A DNA stretch of 64,000 nt from an uncultured Alphaproteobacteria bacterium (lineage in GTDB: Bacteria; Pseudomonadota; Alphaproteobacteria; HIMB59). Shown one piece after another: positions 28,029 to 38,176 of this stretch. Position numbers and translations under genes: made by a program. Under the pieces are notes generated by a model, which was not told where the DNA came from, ran no database searches, and saw nothing but the letters and a program-made list of their open reading frames with translations. How positions within the stretch are numbered: position 1 is the stretch's first letter; every line of letters begins with the position of its first letter. The DNA is taken from positions 7,996 to 71,995 of the forward strand of contig CABZMT010000004.1 in the NCBI GenBank assembly GCA_902526965.1. The letters are read 5' to 3'.

Positions 28029-29956
28029 TTTGTTTTAATTTTCCTTAATATTTTAGTTGATATAGTTTTTGTTGTTAACCCAAATTTTTTAAATACTTCA
28101 CTCCCAGGAGCACTTGCACCAAAAATATCTAATCCAAAAATATTTTCTGAATTAGTAAATTTATTCCAATACATGGTTGAGCCAGCTTCAATCACAAAAG
28201 TTTCATCTAATTTAGAGTCCAACAAAGTAATTTTAAAAGATCTCGATTGCTTTTCAAAAATTGATGTAGATGGCATAGATATTACTTTTGCAATAATCCC
28301 GTTATTTTTCAAAATTTCAGAAATATTTACAGCTAAGGATACCTCTGAACCAGTTGCTATAATTGTAATATGATTATTTTTTTTTGGCCCACTTATTACA
28401 TAAGCCCCCTTGAAGTCTTTTGAAACTAATTTTTTATTAGAAATTTGAGGTAAATTTTGCCTTGAAAGGCATATAAATGAAGGTGCATTATCAATCTTTA
28501 ATGCCTCTTTCCAACACACTATTGTTTCTTTAAGGTCACAAGGCCTAAAAACATAACTATTTGGTATAAGTCTTAACATATTAATTTGCTCTATAGGTTG
28601 ATGAGTAGGTCCATCTTCACCTAAACCAATTGAGTCGTGTGTAAAAACTTGAATAGGATCAATTTTCATTAAAGCAGCAAGACGAAGACTTGGCTTCATG
28701 TAATCCGCAAAACTTAAAAAAGTTCCTGAATAGGTTTTATAAATTTTAGTTGCTGCAATTCCATTCATTATAGCAGCCATTCCGTGTTCTCTTACTCCAT
28801 AATGAATATATTGACCTGACATGTTTTTACTGTTCATGACAGACATCTCTTTACCTTTGGTATTATTAGAACCAGTTAAATCTGCAGAGCCTCCTAGGAT
28901 TGGATGATCTCCTTTAATATAATTTAAGATTTTTTCAGAGGATTTTCTAGTAGCTTGATCAGCATTAAAATTTTTCAAATCTAATTCTATCTTCTTGAAT
29001 AACTTATCTATATCTTTTTTAGATAAATTTGAATGAAATAATGATTTAGACTTTTTGTATAACTTTTTATTTTTATCAGCAGATCCTCTCCAAATCTTTA
29101 AGAGTTTATAGGGTATTTGAAATGGTTTTTCGCTCCAAGATAATTTACTTCTAGTTAAATTAACTTCATCTGAACCTAAAGGTGAACCATGTGATGATGC
29201 TTTAGCAGACTTGTTAGGTGAACCAAAACCAATAGTGGTTTTAAAATTTAGCAAACATGGAGCCTTAGATATTTGTGCTTTTTTAAATAAGTCATAAATT
29301 TTTTGATGGTCATGACCTTTACCACTATGCACCTCCCAATTAACTGACTTGAACCTTAGGTTTGTATTATCACTAAAAGCTAAGTCAGTGGACCCATCGA
29401 TACTAATATTGTTGTTATCGTAAATTAATATCAAATTATTTAACTCTAAGTGTCCAGCTAGACTTATTGCCTCTTGGCTAATTCCCTCCATCAAACAACC
29501 ATCACCACAAAAGACATATACTTTGGGTGTTTTTGATAATTTTTTTTCTTTTGATAATTTTTTAAGTGCTATGGCCATACCAACTGCGTTTGAAATCCCT
29601 TGTCCAAGAGGACCAGTTGTGATTTCAATACCTGCATCTGGTTCATATTCTGGATGCCCCGCAGTGATTGAGTCTAATTGTCTGAAATTTCTAATTTGAG
29701 ACAATGTCATTTTTTTATAACCCGTGAGATATAAAAGGGAGTATAGTAACATTGAGCCATGACCGTTAGATAAAACGAATCGATCTCTAAGCAACCAACT
29801 CGGATCATCTGGGTTATGTACAAGAAAATTATGAAAAAGAACTGTTGCTATGTCTGCCATTCCCATTGGCATACCAGGATGACCAGATTTTGCTTTTTCT
29901 ACCGCATCGATTGATAAAAATCTGATACAATTTGCTAATTCGTTGTAATTTTTCAA
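28025..29956 (-). CDS. tkt: Transketolase
   Basis: SGHPG, GPLGQG, GDGCLMEG, THDSIGLGEDGPTHQP. Confidence 0.97.
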   Translation of the reverse strand: MKNYNELANCIRFLSIDAVEKAKSGHPGMPMGMADIATVLFHNFLVHNPDDPSWLLRDRFVLSNGHGSMLLYSLLYLTGYKKMTLSQIRNFRQLDSITAGHPEYEPDAGIEITTGPLGQGISNAVGMAIALKKLSKEKKLSKTPKVYVFCGDGCLMEGISQEAISLAGHLELNNLILIYDNNNISIDGSTDLAFSDNTNLRFKSVNWEVHSGKGHDHQKIYDLFKKAQISKAPCLLNFKTTIGFGSPNKSAKASSHGSPLGSDEVNLTRSKLSWSEKPFQIPYKLLKIWRGSADKNKKLYKKSKSLFHSNLSKKDIDKLFKKIELDLKNFNADQATRKSSEKILNYIKGDHPILGGSADLTGSNNTKGKEMSVMNSKNMSGQYIHYGVREHGMAAIMNGIAATKIYKTYSGTFLSFADYMKPSLRLAALMKIDPIQVFTHDSIGLGEDGPTHQPIEQINMLRLIPNSYVFRPCDLKETIVCWKEALKIDNAPSFICLSRQNLPQISNKKLVSKDFKGAYVISGPKKNNHITIIATGSEVSLAVNISEILKNNGIIAKVISMPSTSIFEKQSRSFKITLLDSKLDETFVIEAGSTMYWNKFTNSENIFGLDIFGASAPGSEVFKKFGLTTKTISTKILRKIKTK

Positions 29957-29991
29957 TGGAATAACTTTACTTAATAACTAATAATTAAAGT

Positions 29992-30252
29992 ATGAATGAA
30001 TTTCAACAACAAATACTTCAGAAAATAGACCAAATTGCATCAAAACTTCAAAATTACAAAACTAGCAATCAAGAATTGATGAACGAGAAACAAGAATTAA
30101 AAGCCAAAGTAGAATATCTCGAAAGAAGGGAGTCAGAATTAGTCTCTGAAATAGAAAATAATAAACTTGAGTTATCAGAAAAATCTAAAATTATAGATCA
30201 AGCAACAAATAAAATTGAGGAACTTTTAGGTTCAATTGATATCGATGCCTAA
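29992..30252 (+). CDS. Small coiled-coil protein upstream of zapA (ZapB/DUF4164-like)
   Basis: Heptad-rich 86 aa in the conserved slot between tkt and zapA. Confidence 0.6.
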   Translation: MNEFQQQILQKIDQIASKLQNYKTSNQELMNEKQELKAKVEYLERRESELVSEIENNKLELSEKSKIIDQATNKIEELLGSIDIDA

Positions 30253-30577
30253 TTTAACTCTAACAATTGGAGGAAGGCCACTAAAAATACAGTGCTCTGA
30301 TAACAACGTTGAAGCAGTTAAAGAGATCGCTTCTACTATTAGTAAATTAATAGAAGATGAAAAAAAAGAAAATGTTCCCTTTTTAACCTCTACTCTTATT
30401 GCTTATTTAAAATCCATGGAGGACGTATTAAAAAAAGAAAAAATATTACAAGACTCTTTGAATAAGAAATTATTTTATGAGAGCCGAATTCAAGAGTTAC
30501 AAAGTGAAAATCATAATTTAAAATCTGATATTGAACAAATTTTTAAAAAATTAAATGATAATCTAATTGTTGAATAA
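30245..30577 (+). CDS. zapA: Cell division protein ZapA
   Basis: MPNLTLTIGGRPLKIQC N-terminus plus coiled coil; synteny. Confidence 0.75.
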   Translation: MPNLTLTIGGRPLKIQCSDNNVEAVKEIASTISKLIEDEKKENVPFLTSTLIAYLKSMEDVLKKEKILQDSLNKKLFYESRIQELQSENHNLKSDIEQIFKKLNDNLIVE

Positions 30578-31133
30578 AAAACAAATACGTAATTACCACC
30601 TTGACCTAAGAATGAAACTTAGCATTTCTGACTTAAACACTTATTCTAGTATAATAAATTCAAAAATTTTAGAAATAATAGAAAAAATTAATCCACAAAA
30701 ATCTGTTGGTTTGTTTTATCCATATAAAAATGAAGTAGAAGTATTAAGAATATCAAATGATTTAATAAATAAAAATATCACATGCTCGCTTCCACGAGTA
30801 ATATCAAAAGGAGCTGCTTTAAAGTATTTTGAATATAACCCTCATAATCCAAGTTTAGAAAAAGGTTTTGGTGGAATAATGGAACCTACTGGTGAAGTTG
30901 CTTTAAATCCTGATATAATTATTGCATCTTGTTCCGCATTCAACGAACAAGGCTATAGAGTAGGTTACGGTGGAGGTTTTTTTGACAGGACAATTTATGA
31001 ATTAAAAAAAAAAGGAAATTTAAAAACTATTTTAGCTGCTTTTGAAATTCAAAAAACCCACTTTAATTTTCAAGAAAGTTTCGACCAAAAAGTCGATTAT
31101 ATTTGTTCAGAGCAGAGAATCTATTCCTTATGA
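30567..31133 (+). CDS. ygfA: 5-formyltetrahydrofolate cyclo-ligase
   Basis: KKQIR, NEV, LPRV, RVGYGGGFFDRT. Confidence 0.9.
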   Translation: MLNKKQIRNYHLDLRMKLSISDLNTYSSIINSKILEIIEKINPQKSVGLFYPYKNEVEVLRISNDLINKNITCSLPRVISKGAALKYFEYNPHNPSLEKGFGGIMEPTGEVALNPDIIIASCSAFNEQGYRVGYGGGFFDRTIYELKKKGNLKTILAAFEIQKTHFNFQESFDQKVDYICSEQRIYSL

Positions 31134-31945
31134 ATTTTTTAGTTATAGGAGATGTTGTTGGAAGATCAGGTAGAACAGCTCTCAAAGAAAATTTAAAAAA
31201 AATACAGAAACGATTTAACATTGATTTTACAATAGTGAATGCTGAAAATTCAGCAGGTGGTTACGGGCTTACAGGAAAAATATATGAGGATCTTTTAAGC
31301 TGGGGAGCTGATGCTATTACTCTAGGAAATCATGCCTGGAAACAAAAAGAGATCATTGACTATATGGAGAGCAATCCAAATCACAGTATTATAAGACCTT
31401 TAAATTTTGAAGCTGGTTCACCAGGTAAAGGATTTAAAATTTTTACTCATGAAAGTGGTAATAGAATATTAGTAAGCCAAATTCATGGACAAACATTTAT
31501 CGATCTTCCTTTAGATAATCCTTTTGATTCTATTGACACGCAGCTCTTGTCAATAATTAATGACCATAATATTGATTTTTCATTTTTAGAGGTCCACGCG
31601 GAAGTTACTTCTGAAAAAAATGGGATAGCTCAAAATTATGATGGAAAATTTACTGCTATATATGGAACGCATGTTCATATCCCAACCTCAGACGCAAGAG
31701 TATTGGAAAAGGGTACTTGTTTTCAAACTGATATTGGCATGACAGGTGATTATAATTCTGTTATTGGTATGAAAAAAGAAAATGCTATTAAAAGAATGAG
31801 GACCGGATCTAATATTCACAGGCTTGAACCGGCCGAAGGAATTGCAACTATTTCTGGAGCAATAATCACTACAAATGAAGTAAAGAAAAATTCAATTCAA
31901 TCTATTCAAATAGGTGGTGTTTTGGATAGTAATTTATTATCTTAG
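31130..31945 (+). CDS. ymdB: YmdB-like metallophosphoesterase (TIGR00282)
   Basis: GDVVGRSG, NAEN, TLGNH, HAEVTSEK, GTHVH. Confidence 0.92.
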   Translation: MNFLVIGDVVGRSGRTALKENLKKIQKRFNIDFTIVNAENSAGGYGLTGKIYEDLLSWGADAITLGNHAWKQKEIIDYMESNPNHSIIRPLNFEAGSPGKGFKIFTHESGNRILVSQIHGQTFIDLPLDNPFDSIDTQLLSIINDHNIDFSFLEVHAEVTSEKNGIAQNYDGKFTAIYGTHVHIPTSDARVLEKGTCFQTDIGMTGDYNSVIGMKKENAIKRMRTGSNIHRLEPAEGIATISGAIITTNEVKKNSIQSIQIGGVLDSNLLS

Positions 31946-31948
31946 ATT

Positions 31949-32689
31949 ATGGCAGGGCATTCAAAATTTAAAAATATCCAATATCGTAAAGGTGCTCAGG
32001 ATAAAAAAAGAGCAAAACAATTTGCAAAAATAGGAAGAGAAATTCAAATAGCTGTTAAAATAGGAGGAACTGACCCAGAGTCTAACCCAAGATTAAGACT
32101 AGCTATAACAAATGCTCGAAGTGTAAACATGCCCAAGGACAATGTAGATAGAGCGATTAATAAAAATAATAGTGATTCTGCGGATTACTCAGAAGTACGT
32201 TACGAAGGGTATGGTCCTTTTGGAACAGCTTTTATAGTTGAGGCCTTAACAGATAATAAAAATAGAACAGCCTCTGAGATAAGATCTATTTTTTCTAAAA
32301 ATGGAGGAAATTTAGGGGAGACAGGAAGTGTAAGTTTTAATTTTAATAAAGTCGGAGAAATAAAAGTAAAAAAAGAAATTGATGACGGTGCATTAGAAGA
32401 CTTACTTGACCATGGATTAGAGGACTACAACACAGAGGAAGAGATAACATATATTTATTGTTCTTATGACACATTAGCATCATTAGAGAAAATAATGCGA
32501 GAAAAAAAATTTGAAATCAAAAGTGCCAATATTATTTGGAAGCCAAATTTGATTGTAAATATTGAAAAGGAAGAAGAGCTAACAAAACTAGTCAAATTAA
32601 ATGATGAATTAGAAGATAACGATGATGTTCAAAATTGCTTTTCAAATCTTGATTTTGACTCTAGTTTGTTAGAAGTTACTAATGCCTGA
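31949..32689 (+). CDS. yebC: YebC/PmpR family protein
   Basis: MAGHSKFKNI, YEGYGP, TDNKNRT, LEDNDDVQ. Confidence 0.96.
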   Translation: MAGHSKFKNIQYRKGAQDKKRAKQFAKIGREIQIAVKIGGTDPESNPRLRLAITNARSVNMPKDNVDRAINKNNSDSADYSEVRYEGYGPFGTAFIVEALTDNKNRTASEIRSIFSKNGGNLGETGSVSFNFNKVGEIKVKKEIDDGALEDLLDHGLEDYNTEEEITYIYCSYDTLASLEKIMREKKFEIKSANIIWKPNLIVNIEKEEELTKLVKLNDELEDNDDVQNCFSNLDFDSSLLEVTNA

Positions 32690-33008
32690 TAAAGCATGGA
32701 AGAATAGGGAGAGACTTGTTGCAAAGTTTTTTGGGGGTTTGAGAAACGCTCTAAGTGGGATTAATTCAAAAGTTACTCATGCAGACGTAATCCATGATAA
32801 TTTATTTATAGAGTGTAAGTTAAGAGCTAAGCATTCGGCAATTAAATTATGGGATGATACAAAATCTTTCGCTGATAAGGAAAAAAAAACCCCAGTTATT
32901 GCATTATGTGAAAAAAATAGACCTGGTTTTTGGATAATGTTACATTCAGATGATTTTGATAAGGTTTCTAAAGAGCTTAAAAATAAAAAAATAATTGAAG
33001 AAGAATAA
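32682..33008 (+). CDS. PD-(D/E)xK nuclease, Hjc/phage Holliday-junction-resolvase-like
   Basis: WKNRERLVAK (catalytic E), HADVI (D), FIECK (ExK); 108 aa; occupies the ruvC position. Confidence 0.7.
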   Translation: MPDKAWKNRERLVAKFFGGLRNALSGINSKVTHADVIHDNLFIECKLRAKHSAIKLWDDTKSFADKEKKTPVIALCEKNRPGFWIMLHSDDFDKVSKELKNKKIIEEE

Positions 33009-33011
33009 TTT

Positions 33012-33710
33012 ATGGAAGAAGTAGTTAACTTAGCCGCCCTTGAGGGTTCTGTAGATTTCTCAATGATGGGAATGTTTCTCAAATCTGATTGGGTCGTAAA
33101 ATTTGTAATCATATTGTTGGTGATTTTTTCAATTCAATCGTGGAAGACAATTATTCAAAAAATTCTCCTAATAAACAAAATTAAGAAAATATCCAAAAAA
33201 TTTGAAAACCATTTTTGGTCCGGTGTCTCTTTGGATGAGCTTTACCAACAAATTGATGATTTCGATCAAGAGAGCTTTTCAAATATTTTTAGAAATATTA
33301 TGAATGAGTATGAAAAATCTAGAATGCAAAAAAATAAAGTCGACTCTGCTTTTATTCAAAGACTTTACACATCTCTTGATTTAAGTATCGCTATTGAGGA
33401 TACAAATTTAAATAAGGGGCTGTCATTTTTGGCTTCTTCTGGATCTGTCGCACCTTTTATAGGGCTATTTGGAACAGTTTGGGGAATCATGAATAGTTTT
33501 CAAGCAATAGCAATTGCTCAAAATACTAACCTTGCAGTAGTAGCACCAGGTATTGCAGAAGCTTTATTTGTGACTGCTTTAGGTCTTTTTGTGGCTATTC
33601 CTTCAACTGCCTACTACAACCTAATAACTTCAAAAATTGATAACTATTTGTCAGAAGCTGAAAGTTTTGGAAAGGATTTAGTAAATATAATTTCACGCCA
33701 ATTAAAATAA
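33012..33710 (+). CDS. tolQ: TolQ
   Basis: APFIGLFGTVWGIMNSF, VAPGIAEAL. Confidence 0.95.
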   Translation: MEEVVNLAALEGSVDFSMMGMFLKSDWVVKFVIILLVIFSIQSWKTIIQKILLINKIKKISKKFENHFWSGVSLDELYQQIDDFDQESFSNIFRNIMNEYEKSRMQKNKVDSAFIQRLYTSLDLSIAIEDTNLNKGLSFLASSGSVAPFIGLFGTVWGIMNSFQAIAIAQNTNLAVVAPGIAEALFVTALGLFVAIPSTAYYNLITSKIDNYLSEAESFGKDLVNIISRQLK

Positions 33711-33714
33711 GGAT

Positions 33715-34110
33715 ATGAGAAAAAAACATCGACCTGTTTCAAGTATAAATGTCACTCCTATGGTTGATGTGATGTTGGTTTTATTAATTGTATTTATGGT
33801 TACCGCCCCTCTTCTTACTGTAGGGGTTCCTGTTAACCTACCAAAAGTTGAGGCTAATTCTTTAGATGCACAAAAGGATCCTTTAGAAATTTCAATTAAT
33901 GAAAATAATGATATTTATTTAGGTGAGGAGCTAATATCTTTTGAAGAGTTAATACTAAAAGTAAAAACTATCGCTGGTTCTAACACTGATATAAGAATTT
34001 TTTTAAGAGCTGATACCACAATTAACTACGGAGAAGTGATGAAAGTTCTTGGTGCTTTGAACACATCAGGTTTTCTAAAAATTGCTCTCGTTACGAAAAA
34101 ACCAAGTTAA
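33715..34110 (+). CDS. tolR: TolR
   Basis: INVTPMVDVMLVLLIVFMVTAP. Confidence 0.95.
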   Translation: MRKKHRPVSSINVTPMVDVMLVLLIVFMVTAPLLTVGVPVNLPKVEANSLDAQKDPLEISINENNDIYLGEELISFEELILKVKTIAGSNTDIRIFLRADTTINYGEVMKVLGALNTSGFLKIALVTKKPS

Positions 34111-35115
34111 TTGTCTACTGTTACACTATTTAATCCTTTTAGAAATTTAATCTTATTCATTGAAAATTTTAGTTATAAAAAAAGTGATTTTTATTTCCAA
34201 ATATTCTCTTTTCTATTACATCTTTTAATTTTATTACCGATGATAAATTTTACTTTTGAAAAAAAAATCAGCGATATTCCTATGATTTTACCTATCGAAA
34301 TGTTCATTATTGAAGATGAGACAGCTTCACCTGAATTTGTTAAGGAGATAAATGAAATTGTCCCAACTTTTCAAGAAGAGGCTCCAAAGCAGAATGAAAC
34401 TAAGGCTATTGAACCAGAATTAAAAGAAATAACATCACAAGAATCAATTGACCCAATAATTCAGGAAACTAATGAAGAAGTATTGATTGATAACTCTGCA
34501 GATAAAACAAATGAATTTATAATTGATGAGAAAGTAAAGCCTGAAATTAAAAAACCAGAAGAGGAAACACCACCGCCGATTGAAAATGATTTTGAGATTA
34601 GATTAAAACAAAAACCTGAACCTAAAGAAATACTAGAACCCAAAAAAGATATTGAGATTGTTGTAAAGAAAAAGCCTGTAAAGAAAACTTTCAATGTTAG
34701 TACTGTTCTTAAAGACTTAGAAAATCAGAACAAAGAATTCAAAAAAGAACAAGAAGCATCTGAAGTTAAACAAGAAGAAGTTTTCACAGAAAAAGTTGGA
34801 CCAACGATGACTATTTCAGAAATTGAGTTATTAAGACAACAATTACATGGCTGTCTAAATCTTAATGTTGGTGTCGCTAATTTAAAAGAAATAAAACCTG
34901 TCATTTACATTGAAGTTAACCCTGATCGAACAGTAAAAAGTTCTAAAGTTGTAAATAAAGAAAAATTGAATGATCCATCATTTAGAACTGCTGCTGAAGC
35001 TGCAATGAGAGCAGTGAATAATCCAGATTGCAGCCCTCTTTTATTACCTGAAGATAAATATGAACAGTGGAAAGAAATTAATTTTACTTTTGATTTCAGC
35101 TGGATGTTTGATTAA
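34111..35115 (+). CDS. tolA: TolA
   Basis: N-terminal TM with S..LH, E/K/P-rich linker, C-terminal AAMRAV...YEQWKEINFTFD. Confidence 0.85.
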   Translation: MSTVTLFNPFRNLILFIENFSYKKSDFYFQIFSFLLHLLILLPMINFTFEKKISDIPMILPIEMFIIEDETASPEFVKEINEIVPTFQEEAPKQNETKAIEPELKEITSQESIDPIIQETNEEVLIDNSADKTNEFIIDEKVKPEIKKPEEETPPPIENDFEIRLKQKPEPKEILEPKKDIEIVVKKKPVKKTFNVSTVLKDLENQNKEFKKEQEASEVKQEEVFTEKVGPTMTISEIELLRQQLHGCLNLNVGVANLKEIKPVIYIEVNPDRTVKSSKVVNKEKLNDPSFRTAAEAAMRAVNNPDCSPLLLPEDKYEQWKEINFTFDFSWMFD

Positions 35116-35159
35116 TAAAAATTTAAGATACAGATTGCAAATCGATCAGAAATATTCTC

Positions 35160-36479
35160 ATGATTAAAAAAATCCTATTAATTTTGTTTTTTTCACTAAA
35201 CGCAAACGCTGCTCTAGAAGTAACAATTGCACAAGGAAAAGTTGAACCCACTCCCATAGCTATTACTAAGATATTTGGTGCAGACTCAGACACTGCTAGA
35301 TATGGAAACACACTCAGACAAATTATTAACAATAATCTCACAAATTCTGGTCTTTTTTATACAGTTAATGAAGATCTTTATATTCAATCCGATAATTTAG
35401 TTGAAAAAGTCCCACGCTTTGAAGACTGGAAATTAATCAAAGCACAGTTTCTGTTAAGCGCAGATGTCAGTAAAACTGATAAAGGGATTAGACTACGAAT
35501 GAGGCTTTATGATGTCTTCAATGCAAAAGAGATAGAAAAATTGCAACTTACAATACCTGATGAAAATTTAATAAGAAGAGTAGGCCATACTGTAAGTGAC
35601 ATCGTTTACGAAAGAATAACAGGCGAGACTGGTTATTTTGATACAAGAATTGTTTATGTTTCAGAAATTGGTCCACTAGATCAAAGAGTAAAAAGATTAG
35701 CAATCATGGATCAAGATGGACATTTGGATAGTCATCAATTTTTAACGGACGGAAAAAATTTGGTTTTAACTCCTCGTTTTGCACCAAATAATCAAACAAT
35801 AACTTACATGGAGTACAAAAATAATCTTCCAAGAGTTTATATTTACAATCTTAAAACTGGTGAAAGGGAAATTGTTGGAGACTTTCCTGGAATGACTTTT
35901 GCACCAAGATTTTCACCAGATAGTCAAAGTGTAGTGATGTCTTTTTCAGACCCTAATAATGCAGCAAATTCTGAGATCTATTCAATGGATTTAAACACTC
36001 GATCTCGCTTAAGATTAACAAATGACTCTGGAATTGACACATCTCCCTCTTTTTCTCCCAATGGAGAAAAAATTGTTTTTAACTCTGATCGTGGTGGGAG
36101 TCCTCAATTATTTATTATGGATAAGAACGGAGATAATATTAAAAGAATTTCAAAAGGCAGAGGTGTTTATGGTAATCCAGTATGGTCACCTAGGGGGGAC
36201 TTGATAGCTTTCACAAAGTTAACCCAAGGTAATTTCCACATAGGAGTCATGGATACAAATGGAAACAATGAAAGAGTAATAGTCAGGGATTTTTCTTTAG
36301 AGTCTCCAGCATGGTCTCCTAATGGTAGGTATTTAATATTTCACAGACAAAAAAGGTCAAATCTTGATGGAACAGGCGGAGAAGTATCAATACATTTTAT
36401 AGACATAACCGGATATAACGAAAGGGTTATTCCCACTCCAAGAGATGGAAGTGACCCAGCATGGTCACCTTTATTATAA
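35160..36479 (+). CDS. tolB: TolB
   Basis: Signal peptide, GYFDTRIVYV, PD40 repeats (PxFSPxG, PxWSP). Confidence 0.96.
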   Translation: MIKKILLILFFSLNANAALEVTIAQGKVEPTPIAITKIFGADSDTARYGNTLRQIINNNLTNSGLFYTVNEDLYIQSDNLVEKVPRFEDWKLIKAQFLLSADVSKTDKGIRLRMRLYDVFNAKEIEKLQLTIPDENLIRRVGHTVSDIVYERITGETGYFDTRIVYVSEIGPLDQRVKRLAIMDQDGHLDSHQFLTDGKNLVLTPRFAPNNQTITYMEYKNNLPRVYIYNLKTGEREIVGDFPGMTFAPRFSPDSQSVVMSFSDPNNAANSEIYSMDLNTRSRLRLTNDSGIDTSPSFSPNGEKIVFNSDRGGSPQLFIMDKNGDNIKRISKGRGVYGNPVWSPRGDLIAFTKLTQGNFHIGVMDTNGNNERVIVRDFSLESPAWSPNGRYLIFHRQKRSNLDGTGGEVSIHFIDITGYNERVIPTPRDGSDPAWSPLL

Positions 36480-36602
36480 AAATTCTATAAAAATCAACAA
36501 ATTTTAGTAAAAATTTAATAAGAATTGTCTTGATTTCCAAAAAATTCAGTGTTTATTTACCTAAACTATAGTAAGAATATATTTACGCGGAGATTTATAA
36601 TA

Positions 36603-37097
36603 ATGTTAAAAAAATTGTTTATGCTTATTGTTGCGGGTTTTTTCCTTGCTTCATGTGCTGCCACTAAGACAGAAGAAGGTGGAAACGTTGATGCAGCTTC
36701 AACTAGCGCAAGTTCATCCTCTGGAGGTGAAATTACAGCTGGCACTCAAGAAGATTTGATTGTTAATGTCGGCGATAGAGTGTTTTTTGAATTTGATAGT
36801 TCTGAGCTCACAGTTGATGCTCAAGCAACTCTTGATGCTCAAGCAGCTTGGTTAACGCAGTACCCTGACACTAACATAACTGTTGAAGGTCATGCAGACG
36901 AAAGAGGCACCCGTGAGTACAACTTAGCTTTAGGAGATAAAAGAGCATTTTCTGTTTACTCTTATCTTGCTCAGGCAGGAATTGACACCAATAGAATGGA
37001 ATATGTAAGTTGGGGAAAAGAAAGACCGGAAGTTATTGGGTCTGACGAAACTGCTTACAGTCAAAATAGACGCGGCGTTACAATAGTAAGTAATTAA
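36603..37097 (+). CDS. pal: Peptidoglycan-associated lipoprotein Pal
   Basis: Lipobox LASC, EGHADERGTREYNLALG, NRR; start moved to the ATG at 36603 behind a GGAG SD. Confidence 0.96.
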   Translation: MLKKLFMLIVAGFFLASCAATKTEEGGNVDAASTSASSSSGGEITAGTQEDLIVNVGDRVFFEFDSSELTVDAQATLDAQAAWLTQYPDTNITVEGHADERGTREYNLALGDKRAFSVYSYLAQAGIDTNRMEYVSWGKERPEVIGSDETAYSQNRRGVTIVSN

Positions 37098-37111
37098 TAA
37101 AAATTTCATTA

Positions 37112-37138
37112 AGGTGCTTTTTTTTTGAAAGAGCACCT
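37112..37138 (+). terminator. Stem-loop after pal (partial terminator or mRNA stabiliser)
   Basis: AGGTGCT...AGCACCT inverted repeat with no adjacent U-tract. Confidence 0.6.
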
Positions 37139-37147
37139 AGAACCTTT

Positions 37148-38176
37148 ATGAAAGAAATAAACAAAATTTTGGTTATTTTTTTTCTTCTCTTTTTTACCAA
37201 TTACGCACAATCTGAAAAACATAATCAAGTATCAGTAGAATTAGACAGAATTAAAAATGATATTATTGATCTTCAAAAGTATGTTTACAAAAATGAATCA
37301 TCATTAAGTAATTCTAATGACTCAAATGGCAATATAGAATTGGATGAATTAAAAATACTAATTAACGACATTTCAAAAAGTATAATTTCATTGGAGAAAC
37401 AAATTTTGGATATTAAAGATGATGTAAGTAATTTGTATTCTTTATACACATCATCAAATGTTGATGAAAAAAAAATAATCAGTACATCTGATCAACTAAA
37501 TATAGAAAAAAGTTCCTCAAATATCGTAGAGAACTCAGAGGATGATCAGTTATTAGGTCAAATTAGTCTTTCTGAACTTGAGAAAGATAAAGTAAAAACC
37601 CCTGACAATTCTAGTTTAGAGGTTGAAGAAAAAACTTCTTCGTTAAGTATTGAAAAAGAGGAATTAGACCTAATCGAGATAAAATCTATATCAGAAGTTA
37701 ATGTTTCTATGCTTAATGATTTGGATCAATTAATAAAAGATAGAGAAATAGAACTAAATAAGCCGTTTATCAACGTCGAAGATGAACTTAAAAATGCTAA
37801 AACAAGTTTCGCGACTCTAAACAACAAGTCTGCTATAGAGAGTCTGCTCTTAATAGTTAATTCGAACACAGATCAAAAAGAATATTTGGCTGAAACTTAT
37901 TATCTTCTTGGTAGAACTTATTTTATGGAGAATGAGATAATTGAAGCTGTAAAATATTTTGGTATTAGACATAGAGATTTCTCCTCATTTCCAAAATTTA
38001 AATCTGAAAACTATTTTTGGTTAGGAAAGTCACTATTTAGTATTGGTGATCAAGAAAACGGCTGTTTAATTATGGAAGATCTAATTTTTTCAAATACTTA
38101 CATTGATAGTAAAGAAGTCATTGATTCAGCAAAATCTCTTCAAACCGACAAAGACTGTGGTTTGATTATTGATTAA
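37148..38176 (+). CDS. cpoB: CpoB/YbgF-like TPR protein
   Basis: Signal peptide, coiled coil, C-terminal TPR (YYLLGRTYF, WLGKSL...GC); position after pal. Confidence 0.75.
   Translation: MKEINKILVIFFLLFFTNYAQSEKHNQVSVELDRIKNDIIDLQKYVYKNESSLSNSNDSNGNIELDELKILINDISKSIISLEKQILDIKDDVSNLYSLYTSSNVDEKKIISTSDQLNIEKSSSNIVENSEDDQLLGQISLSELEKDKVKTPDNSSLEVEEKTSSLSIEKEELDLIEIKSISEVNVSMLNDLDQLIKDREIELNKPFINVEDELKNAKTSFATLNNKSAIESLLLIVNSNTDQKEYLAETYYLLGRTYFMENEIIEAVKYFGIRHRDFSSFPKFKSENYFWLGKSLFSIGDQENGCLIMEDLIFSNTYIDSKEVIDSAKSLQTDKDCGLIID

Noticed and set aside
32682-33008. Nuclease gene as a prophage or mobile-element remnant
   Set aside because: No integrase, att-like repeats or other phage genes; it is seamlessly coupled into a core operon
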